NCBI RefSeq assembly: GCF_000175255.2
Contig: NC_017262.1
Location: 1,830,001 to 1,862,000, forward strand
DNA length: 32,000 nt
Direction: 5' to 3'
DNA from: Zymomonas mobilis subsp. mobilis ATCC 10988
GTDB lineage: Bacteria > Pseudomonadota > Alphaproteobacteria > Sphingomonadales > Sphingomonadaceae
Part shown: positions 10,383 through 18,735 of the stretch, in pieces
Layout: every line of letters starts with the position of its first letter
How positions within the stretch are numbered: position 1 is the stretch's first letter
Notes under the pieces: model-generated
The model's database searches: none
What the model saw: only the letters and a program-made list of their open reading frames with translations
Told to the model about the DNA's origin: nothing
Position numbers and translations under genes: made by a program

Positions 10383-10836
10383 ATAAAGCCTCTGCCAAAT
10401 TTTGTGACCATAACCGGATGATTTAATTCTTATAACGAATGAAATTGCAGCTCCGGTCAGGTTGACTTTTTGTTATTTTCTTTTGCGGTATTTTTGTTAT
10501 TTTTTTACAGTTAAAAATAATAAAACACCCTTGAAATTTTCGAAAAATTTTGTCTTAATTGCAGAATATAACGGATATTATTAACTTTGCATAAATTAAC
10601 AAAGTGAAAACATCATCCATTAAGCAAGAAATTTTCTGGCCTTGCCTTGGCTGATTTGAAACGGTTATGAAAAGCTTAATAGGACATTTTTAAAGAGCGA
10701 CAAATAACAAAGTTACCTGCAAAATTGTCATTTTTTATTCATTTCCAAGTCATAAAAGGCTTCCTATCGTGGCCTTTCGGTAAAAACAGCCTGTGATCGT
10801 AGTGATTGTGATTTGAGGAGAGGGTCAGCTAGCCAT

Positions 10837-12159
10837 ATGCAAGAAGAAACAGACGGTCAGAACATGCCTCACCCGGATAAAAAACAAGAGACAATCGAGC
10901 CGTCCTCTGCTCCTTCTCTCTCCAAAAAAGGAAAATTAAAAAGCTGGATCATTTCACTGATCGTCTTGGCTTTGATCTTTCTTTTAATCGCCTATATCAC
11001 CCATAACAACAAGGCAAATACCCAGAAATCCGCCAGCCATGGTCATCATGGAAAATCCTCAAAAATGGGGCCCCCGGGGGATGATGGCGATATGCCGGTA
11101 ACGGTCTCCATCGTCAAAAGCAAAACCGCAGATGTTCCAATCGTGGTCGAAGCTTTGGGGACGGTCACGCCGGTTTCGACGATTACGGTAAAGCCACAGG
11201 TCTCCGGCTATATTAAACGAATTCTCTATACCGAAGGACAGATGGTCAAAGAAGGCCAACCGCTTGCCCTGATTGATCCTCGCCTTTACTCAGCCCAGCT
11301 TGTCCAGAATGAAGGCGCATTACGTCGCGATATTGCCCAGCTTGAGAATGCCCGTATCCAGCTTGCCCGCGATCGGCAGTTAGGCTCTGATTCTATTGCA
11401 AAGCAGGATGTCGATACACAGGCCGCTACCGTCCATCAGTTAGAAGGTACGGTCGAAGCGGATCGCGGTGCTGTTGAATATTCCAAAGTCAATCTCGGTT
11501 ATACGACAATTCCCTCTCCGGTTACCGGACGGGTTGGCTTGCGGCCAATCGATCAGGGGAACTATATCGCCGCTGGCGATAGCAGTGGCGTTGCGGTTGT
11601 CACGTCTCTTGATCCGATTGATGTCGTTTTCACTATGGCACAAGATTTTGTCCCCGAAGTCGAAAAGCAGGTCAGGACAGGTCGCCAGCTAACCGGCACC
11701 GCCTATGACCGGACAAAAACCGAAAATCTTGGGGAAGGGTGGTTGCTGACACTTGATAACCGCATCGACACCACCAGCGGGACAGTGAAGGGCAAAATCC
11801 GTTTTCATAACGCAACGGGGAAATTATTCCCGAACCAGTTTGTGAATATCCATTTGAATGTTGAAACCCTGCGTCAGGTCGTCACCGTGCCGTCAACGGC
11901 TATTCGGGAAGCTGACAATGGAAGCTATGTCTGGTTGGTCGATAAACAACGGAAAGTGCATCGCCATTTTGTAACAACAGGCAACAGCTATGGCGATAAT
12001 ATCGTCATTCTGAAAGGTCTGGATGCCAATCAGTTGGTTGTTACCGAAGGGGGCGATCGCCTGATTGAAAATTCCGAGGTGCAGACTCCAGCGGAATCTT
12101 CCAAGGAAATGAATATCAAACCACGGGATAACGCGACAAAAACGCAGGCTAAATCATAA
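10837..12159 (+). CDS. mdtA: RND efflux periplasmic adaptor subunit (MdtA/MFP family)
   Basis: N-terminal membrane anchor, then VVEALGTVTPVSTITVKPQVSGYIKRILYTEGQMVKEGQPLALIDPRLYSAQLVQNEGAL... and PVTGRVGLRPIDQGNYIAAGD.... First gene of the efflux operon. The track start at 10813 is a TTG; the ATG at 10837 is likely. Confidence 0.9.
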   Translation: MQEETDGQNMPHPDKKQETIEPSSAPSLSKKGKLKSWIISLIVLALIFLLIAYITHNNKANTQKSASHGHHGKSSKMGPPGDDGDMPVTVSIVKSKTADVPIVVEALGTVTPVSTITVKPQVSGYIKRILYTEGQMVKEGQPLALIDPRLYSAQLVQNEGALRRDIAQLENARIQLARDRQLGSDSIAKQDVDTQAATVHQLEGTVEADRGAVEYSKVNLGYTTIPSPVTGRVGLRPIDQGNYIAAGDSSGVAVVTSLDPIDVVFTMAQDFVPEVEKQVRTGRQLTGTAYDRTKTENLGEGWLLTLDNRIDTTSGTVKGKIRFHNATGKLFPNQFVNIHLNVETLRQVVTVPSTAIREADNGSYVWLVDKQRKVHRHFVTTGNSYGDNIVILKGLDANQLVVTEGGDRLIENSEVQTPAESSKEMNIKPRDNATKTQAKS

Positions 12160-12198
12160 GATGATCCGTCAAGAAAAAGGTCGCAAGGAATTGGCTGA

Positions 12199-15100
12199 AT
12201 GAACCCTTCACGTCTTTTTATCTTGCGGCCTGTCGCAACCTCGCTGATCGTCATTGCGATTGTGCTAGCTGGCCTGCTCGGCTTTCACTATATGTCGCTT
12301 TCGGCTTTGCCCGAGGTCGATTATCCGACTATTCAGGTTTCAACCCTCTATCCGGGGGCTTCACCTGAAGTTATCAGCCAAACGGTTTCCGCGCCTTTGG
12401 AACGGCAATTCGGGCAGATGTCTGGCCTTTCCCGTATGACCACCAAAAGTGCGGCTGGGGCATCGGTTATCACCTTGCAATTTGGCCTTAATGAAGCCTT
12501 GGATGTTGCAGAGCAGGAAGTGCAGGCGGCCATCAATGCCGCGAACGCCCTGTTACCTGCGGATCTTCCCGCGCCTCCTGTCTATGCCAAGGTCAATCCG
12601 GCAGATTCTCCGGTTCTCACCTTGGCGGCAACCTCTGATACGATGCCACTGACGGATGTCCAAAATCTGGTTCAAACCCGTCTAGCGCAAAAGATTTCAC
12701 AGGTTTCCGGTGTCGGCTTGGTCGAATTATCCGGCGGCCAACGGCCAGCCATGCGGATACAAGCCGATACGCAAGCTTTGGCCAGCTATGGCATTTCGCT
12801 TTCAACGCTTCGAACGGCGATTGATAATGCCAATGCTAATTCTGCTAAAGGTAGCTTCGACGGGCCCACGCGTTCATGGCAAATCAACGCCAATGACCAG
12901 CTTTTGACGGTTGAAGATTATAAAAATCTAATCATCGCTATGCGTAATAATCGTCCGGTTCGGATGAGCGATGTGGCACAGGTTGTCGCAGGGGCTGAAA
13001 ATAATCATCTTGGTGCTTATTATAATATTACACCTGCGGTTATCATCAATGTCCGGCGGCAACCGGGCGCAAATGTGATTGCCACGGTCGATAATATTAA
13101 AAAACAGCTTCCCGAATTGGAGGCCGGATTACCGGCTGGTCTCAAAGTATCAGTCGTCGCTGACCGGACAACGGGTATCCGCGCCTCTATTGAACATGTC
13201 GAGGTTGAGCTTGTCTTGGCCGTCGTCATGGTCATTCTGGTTATTTTCTTCTTTCTTCATTCTATACGGGCAACGCTTATTGCGGCGGTCGCGGTGCCGA
13301 TCTCGCTGATCGGCAGCTTTGCTGCGATGTATATGATGAATTACAGCCTGAATAACCTCTCCTTGATGGCCCTTACCATTGCCTCTGGTTTTGTGGTTGA
13401 TGACGCGATTGTGATGATCGAAAATATCGAACGCCATATCGAGGCCGGCGTGGCGCCTTTTCAGGCGGCGTTAAAGGGGGCGCAGGAAATCGGTTTTACG
13501 ATTATCTCGCTGACTATCTCGCTGATTGCGGTTTTAATCCCGCTTTTGTTTATGAGCGATGTCGTCGGGCGGCTTTTCCGTGAATTTGCGATGACCTTGG
13601 CTATCACTATCCTGATTTCTGCGGTTGTCTCGCTGACATTGACCCCGATGCTATCGGCTCGCCTTTTGGTCGCCCATCGTCATAAAAATCCTATCGGTGA
13701 TCGTATTCAAAAAGGCTTTGAACGGCTCGAATATCATTACGAACATGGCCTTAGATGGGTGCTGGGACATCAAACATTAACGCTTGTCTTAACGATTGTT
13801 ACCTTCATCGGAACGGCTTTATTCTATGTTGCCATTCCAAAAGGTCTCTTCCCGTTACAGGCGACCGGACAGCTTCGGATACAGACCGATACCAGCCCCG
13901 ATGTTTCCTACAGCCGGATGGCCGAATTGCAAAAACAGGCAGCGGCCAAAATATTACAAGACCCAGCGGTTGAAAATTTATCGGTGATGAGCGGTGTTGA
14001 TGGTGTCACCAATAGCGCTCTTAACCAAGGGGTTATGCTGGTTAATTTGAAAGAGGGCATTTCAGATGAACAGCCGGTTATCAAACGCCTTTATCAGGCG
14101 GTTGGTGCTGTTGCAGGCATCCGCGCGCATATCCAACCGGTTCAGGATTTAACGGTCGATACCGATACGGGGCCCACCCGTTTTCGTTTGTCAGTCGAAG
14201 GTGCCGATACCGACAGCGTGCATAAAGCGGCACGCGCTATCGCTGATAGCTTGGGTCAAAGCAAAAAGCTGACAGATGTCTATACTGATGCCGATGCCAA
14301 AGGGGATGCGGTTTACGTCAATATTGACCGCGAAACAGCCAGCCGGTTATCGGTAACCGTTGCCGATATTGATGACACGCTTTATTCCGCTTTTGGTCAG
14401 CGTATTATCTCAACGATTTTCACTGAAACCAACCAATATCGCGTTATTCTCGAAGCCCGTCCCAATCTTTTAAATAGTATTGAATCTTTGGGACATCTCA
14501 ATCTCGCGGGCAGTGGAACATTACCGACGCCTTTAAATGGCTTCTCAACTCTAAAAATAGGCCAAGCCCCGCTGCAAATTATGCATGTGGCGCAATTCCC
14601 AGCCGCAACGGTCGGCTTTGACTTGGCCTCTAATACCGCTTTGGGTGATGGGGTAAAGGCTGTCCGCGCTCAAATTGCCAGACTTGATCTCCCCTCTGGT
14701 ATTACGACGACCTTGCTTGGCGCGGCCAGTGCTTATGAAAAAGCCCTCGGCAACCAGATACTCCTTATCTTTGCGGCTTTGGTTTGCGTCTATATTGTCC
14801 TCGGTGTTCTGTATGAAAGCTATATTCACCCGCTGACTATTCTTTCAACGCTACCTTCCGCCAGTGTCGGTGCCATTCTCGCTTTATGGGTCTCTGGACA
14901 CGATCTCGATATCATCGGGATTATCGGCATCATTTTGTTGATCGGTATCGTCAAGAAAAACGCTATCATGATGATCGACTTTGCGATTGCCGCCGAAAGG
15001 GAGGAAAAGAAATCCCCCGAAGAAGCGATCTTTAATGCGGCAACCTTGCGTTTCAGACCTATCCTGATGACCACTTTGGCCGCCCTTTTTGCAGCCATTC

Positions 15101-15297
15101 CTCTGATGATCGGTCATGGCAGCGGGGCGGAATTGCGCCGTCCTCTTGGTCTTGCGATTTTCGGAGGGCTCTTGGCCTCGCAAATGCTGACCGTCTTTAC
15201 AACGCCGGTGATCTATCTGTTCTTTGACCGTCTGGGACAGAAAATAGCGCATTTCCGCCGTCACAAAGATTCTGAAAACGAGGTAACATCGGCGTGA
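12199..15297 (+). CDS. mdtB: RND efflux permease (MdtB-type)
   Basis: MNPSRLFILRPVATSLIVIAIVLAGLLGFHYMSLSALPEVDYPTIQVSTLYPGASPEVISQTVSAPLERQFGQMSGLSRMTTKSAAGASVITLQF...; the ~1032-aa length and TM pattern are typical of HAE1/MdtB proteins. Confidence 0.93.
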   Translation: MNPSRLFILRPVATSLIVIAIVLAGLLGFHYMSLSALPEVDYPTIQVSTLYPGASPEVISQTVSAPLERQFGQMSGLSRMTTKSAAGASVITLQFGLNEALDVAEQEVQAAINAANALLPADLPAPPVYAKVNPADSPVLTLAATSDTMPLTDVQNLVQTRLAQKISQVSGVGLVELSGGQRPAMRIQADTQALASYGISLSTLRTAIDNANANSAKGSFDGPTRSWQINANDQLLTVEDYKNLIIAMRNNRPVRMSDVAQVVAGAENNHLGAYYNITPAVIINVRRQPGANVIATVDNIKKQLPELEAGLPAGLKVSVVADRTTGIRASIEHVEVELVLAVVMVILVIFFFLHSIRATLIAAVAVPISLIGSFAAMYMMNYSLNNLSLMALTIASGFVVDDAIVMIENIERHIEAGVAPFQAALKGAQEIGFTIISLTISLIAVLIPLLFMSDVVGRLFREFAMTLAITILISAVVSLTLTPMLSARLLVAHRHKNPIGDRIQKGFERLEYHYEHGLRWVLGHQTLTLVLTIVTFIGTALFYVAIPKGLFPLQATGQLRIQTDTSPDVSYSRMAELQKQAAAKILQDPAVENLSVMSGVDGVTNSALNQGVMLVNLKEGISDEQPVIKRLYQAVGAVAGIRAHIQPVQDLTVDTDTGPTRFRLSVEGADTDSVHKAARAIADSLGQSKKLTDVYTDADAKGDAVYVNIDRETASRLSVTVADIDDTLYSAFGQRIISTIFTETNQYRVILEARPNLLNSIESLGHLNLAGSGTLPTPLNGFSTLKIGQAPLQIMHVAQFPAATVGFDLASNTALGDGVKAVRAQIARLDLPSGITTTLLGAASAYEKALGNQILLIFAALVCVYIVLGVLYESYIHPLTILSTLPSASVGAILALWVSGHDLDIIGIIGIILLIGIVKKNAIMMIDFAIAAEREEKKSPEEAIFNAATLRFRPILMTTLAALFAAIPLMIGHGSGAELRRPLGLAIFGGLLASQMLTVFTTPVIYLFFDRLGQKIAHFRRHKDSENEVTSA

Positions 15298-18200
15298 ATC
15301 TGTCGCGACCCTTTATCTCACGCCCGATCGGGACAACCCTTCTGACCATCGGAATCGCGCTTGCCGGTATTATTGCCTATTTCAAATTACCGGTCGCGCC
15401 ATTACCACAGATTGATTTCCCCGTGATCGTGGTGCAGGCCAGCATGGCCGGTGCCAGCCCCGATACTATGGCAAACAGTATTGCCCAGCCTTTGGAACGG
15501 CGCTTGGGCGTGATTGCTGATGTCACTGAAATGACTTCCACCAGTTCGGTCGGGTCAACTCAAATCGCGTTAGAATTCGGCCTTGATCGCGACATCAATG
15601 GCGCGGCGAGAGAAGTGCAGGCGGCGATCAGTGCGGCCCGCGCTGATTTACCTTCCACTTTACAGAGCAATCCCAGCTATCTCAAAGTAAACCCTTCGAT
15701 GATGCCGGTGATGGTGCTGGCCTTGACCTCGGACAGCAAAACACCGGGACAAATTTATGAAACGGTTTCCAATCTCGTTTCACAAAGACTGTCACAGATT
15801 TCCGGCGTTGGTGAAGTTGAAATTGGCGGCGGCTCCCTGCCGGGCGTTCGGATCGATGTGTCGCCTTATGCCCTTAGTCGTTTTGGCCTTAGCCTAGAAG
15901 ATGTCCGCGCTACCATTGAAAGCGCGAATGCCAACCGCCCAAAAGGTGCCTTGGAAAGTCCAGACGGACATCATTTCCAGATTTACACTAATCAACTGGG
16001 GCGCGATGCCAAACTTTATGGCGATCTGGTGGTGGCGTGGCGCGACGGGACAACGGCCATCCGGTTAAAAGATATCGCCTCTGTCACTGATGGGGTGGCC
16101 GATACCCGTAATCTCGGTCTTTTCAACGGTCATCCTGCGGTCATCGTGTTGATTACCCAACAACCGGGTGCCAATCTTATCAATCTCGTGGATTCACTTC
16201 GGGCTGAATTGCCGCATCTTGAAAAAATGCTGCCATCGGATGTCCATGTTACGGTTGCCAATGATCGCACCAGTTCCATCCGTTCGACCTTAAATGAAGT
16301 CCGGCTCACGCTGATTATTTCGCTGGTTTTGGTGATTGCGGTCGTCGGGGTTTTCCTTCGGAATCTTAGTGCGGTTGTCATTCCGGCGGTGGCGGCCTCG
16401 GTCTCGTTGCTCGGCACTTTTGCGGTGATGTATTTTGCGGGCTTCTCGCTCAACAATCTTTCAATGATGGCGATTATTGTTGCCACCGGATTTGTGATTG
16501 ATGATGCCATCGTGGTGCTCGAAAATATCGCCCGCCATCTTGAAAATGGTATGGGACGCATGGAAGCCGCCTTGCTCGGGGCGCAGGAAGTCGGTTTTAC
16601 CGTTTTGTCGATCAGCCTGTCTTTGGTCGCGGTCTTTATTCCCTTGCTCTTTCTCGGCGGTATCGGGGGACGGCTGTTCCGTGAATTTGCGGTCAGCCTT
16701 TCGGCTGCCGTGCTTATCTCGATGGTCATTTCATTGACCACTACACCCATGATGTGCGCATGGATGCTGTCCCCGCGTAAAGAAGACAAAAAACAGGGAC
16801 GCATTGCTGATTTCTTTGAAAAATCATTTGCTCATGTCGAAAAAGCCTACAGCTATGCTTTGAATTGGGCTTTATCCATGAAGCCTTTGATGCTGGTGCT
16901 TTTCTTATTGGTCTTGGTGCTGACGGTTTATCTTTACGCTGTCGTCCCCAAAAGCTTTTTCCCGCAACAGGATTCACCCATCCTGATGGCAGGGGTGCGC
17001 GCTGACCGTTCTTCTTCTTTCCAAACAATGGAAAAGAAACTGACCAAAACGGTTAATATCCTGCGGCAAGAAAAACAGGTTTCAACGGTCATCGGTTTTA
17101 CGGGCGGTAAACGCTCCGGTAGTGCTTTTTTGATGGTGGAACTGAAACCATGGGGTGAAAGAAAAGAAAAGGCGACAACGGTTATCAATCGGCTTCGTCC
17201 CAAATTGGCGCAGCTTACGGGTATTTCGGTTTTTCTGTCTCCAATGCAGGATTTGCGGATGGGGGCGCGTTCTTCTGACGCCACCTATCAATACACGCTC
17301 ATTTCTGACGATAGTAAAGCGCTCCAAGACTGGGTGCCTAAACTGACACAAGCCTTGCAAACGTCTAATATCCTGACAGATGTTGATAATGATTTGGCTT
17401 TGAATGGTATTGAATCAATGGTCAATATTGACCGTGACAGCGCCAGTCGCCTCGGTATCAGCGCACGCAATGTCGATAATGCGCTTTATGACAGCTTTGG
17501 TCAGCGCCAGATTGCAACGATCTACGAAGATATTAACCAATATCCGGTGGTCTTTGAATGGGCTCCCAAAGATCAACAGGGGCCCCAAGCGCTCCAAAAT
17601 CTTTATATTCCGGCGAATAGTTCGACTAATTCGGCTTCCAGTACGAATACCACGGCTATTGCCGGAACGGGAACCAATGCCGCAGGTGCCACTTCGGTTG
17701 CCAATGACTCTTCGGCTCTTTCGGTCAATTCTACAGGCAGCGGGAATAGCGGTGATGCCAATTCAGCTAATCCGTCTTTGCGTGATCCCTCGACAGGTAG
17801 CGCATTGAACACCTCGGCCAGCACAATGGTGCCATTGCCTGCCATTGCGAAATTCTCGCTTCATGCCACGGATTTATCTATCCAGCATGATAATGGAGAG
17901 GCTGCCGCCACTATTTCGTTCAACTTGAAAAGCGGCCATAATCTCAATGAAGCACAAAGCGAGATTAAGGCAAAAATGGCACAATTGATGGTGCCTGCCA
18001 ATATTCGGGGTAATTTTGCCGGAACGGCCAAATTAGGGAATGATAGTGGCAGCCAAGCCTTGCTCCTTTTAGCGGCGCTGATAACCATCTATATTGTCTT
18101 GGGTATTCTTTACGAAAATCTGATCCATCCGATTACGGTGATTTCTACTTTACCAGCGGCGGGGGTAGGGGCTGTTTTGGCTCTCATGCTCATCCATATG

Positions 18201-18593
18201 GATTTCTCTGTCATCGCTTTGATCGGGGTCTTCCTGTTGATGGGTATCGTCAAAAAGAATGCTATTCTGGTCATTGATGTGGCCTTGCACCTCCAAAGAG
18301 AACAGGGCTTATCTGCGGAAGAAGCCATGCGGCAATCTTGTATTTTGCGCTTCCGTCCTATCATTATGACTACTTTGGCAGCGGCTCTCGGGGTTGTGCC
18401 TTTGGCTATCGGTTTCGGTGAAGGTTCAGAATTTCGCCAACCTCTGGGTGTTACGATTATCGGCGGTTTGGTGGTCAGCCAGATGTTAACGCTGTTTACA
18501 ACGCCGGTTATCTATATCTATTTTGACCGCTTATCTCATTGGCGGCCATGGCGGCGAAAGGCCAAAGCTGAAAATAGGTTGGAGAAAGCATGA
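15294..18593 (+). CDS. mdtC: RND efflux permease (MdtC-type) with an internal low-complexity insertion
   Basis: MNLSRPFISRPIGTTLLTIGIALAGIIAYFKLPVAPLPQIDFPVIVVQASMAGASPDTMANSIAQPLERRLGVIADVTEMTSTSSVGST...; GTG start overlapping the mdtB stop; contains a ~71-aa Ser/Thr/Asn-rich stretch at 17613-17825. Confidence 0.93.
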   Translation: MNLSRPFISRPIGTTLLTIGIALAGIIAYFKLPVAPLPQIDFPVIVVQASMAGASPDTMANSIAQPLERRLGVIADVTEMTSTSSVGSTQIALEFGLDRDINGAAREVQAAISAARADLPSTLQSNPSYLKVNPSMMPVMVLALTSDSKTPGQIYETVSNLVSQRLSQISGVGEVEIGGGSLPGVRIDVSPYALSRFGLSLEDVRATIESANANRPKGALESPDGHHFQIYTNQLGRDAKLYGDLVVAWRDGTTAIRLKDIASVTDGVADTRNLGLFNGHPAVIVLITQQPGANLINLVDSLRAELPHLEKMLPSDVHVTVANDRTSSIRSTLNEVRLTLIISLVLVIAVVGVFLRNLSAVVIPAVAASVSLLGTFAVMYFAGFSLNNLSMMAIIVATGFVIDDAIVVLENIARHLENGMGRMEAALLGAQEVGFTVLSISLSLVAVFIPLLFLGGIGGRLFREFAVSLSAAVLISMVISLTTTPMMCAWMLSPRKEDKKQGRIADFFEKSFAHVEKAYSYALNWALSMKPLMLVLFLLVLVLTVYLYAVVPKSFFPQQDSPILMAGVRADRSSSFQTMEKKLTKTVNILRQEKQVSTVIGFTGGKRSGSAFLMVELKPWGERKEKATTVINRLRPKLAQLTGISVFLSPMQDLRMGARSSDATYQYTLISDDSKALQDWVPKLTQALQTSNILTDVDNDLALNGIESMVNIDRDSASRLGISARNVDNALYDSFGQRQIATIYEDINQYPVVFEWAPKDQQGPQALQNLYIPANSSTNSASSTNTTAIAGTGTNAAGATSVANDSSALSVNSTGSGNSGDANSANPSLRDPSTGSALNTSASTMVPLPAIAKFSLHATDLSIQHDNGEAAATISFNLKSGHNLNEAQSEIKAKMAQLMVPANIRGNFAGTAKLGNDSGSQALLLLAALITIYIVLGILYENLIHPITVISTLPAAGVGAVLALMLIHMDFSVIALIGVFLLMGIVKKNAILVIDVALHLQREQGLSAEEAMRQSCILRFRPIIMTTLAAALGVVPLAIGFGEGSEFRQPLGVTIIGGLVVSQMLTLFTTPVIYIYFDRLSHWRPWRRKAKAENRLEKA

Positions 18594-18735
18594 CGGCCTT
18601 CTCCTCCTCGCTGATCCATCAACTATCCTTGCTGCTGATGGATAGGCCGCAGATGGATAGAAGGTCAGAACGCTTGCGAATGGTATCTCAAAAGATATCT
18701 AAAAGGCTGGACGATCCGGCCTCTTCCTGCTGGGT

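Noticed and set aside
14551-17360. Antisense and alternate-frame ORFs inside the two RND pump genes (e.g. 14884..15264 -, 16130..16804 -)
   Set aside because: Spurious shadows of long conserved coding sequences.
12199-18593. Two large similar ORFs in tandem, considered as a recent duplication or assembly error
   Set aside because: They encode clearly distinct MdtB-type and MdtC-type pumps with overlapping stop/start, the normal arrangement of mdtABC-like operons.
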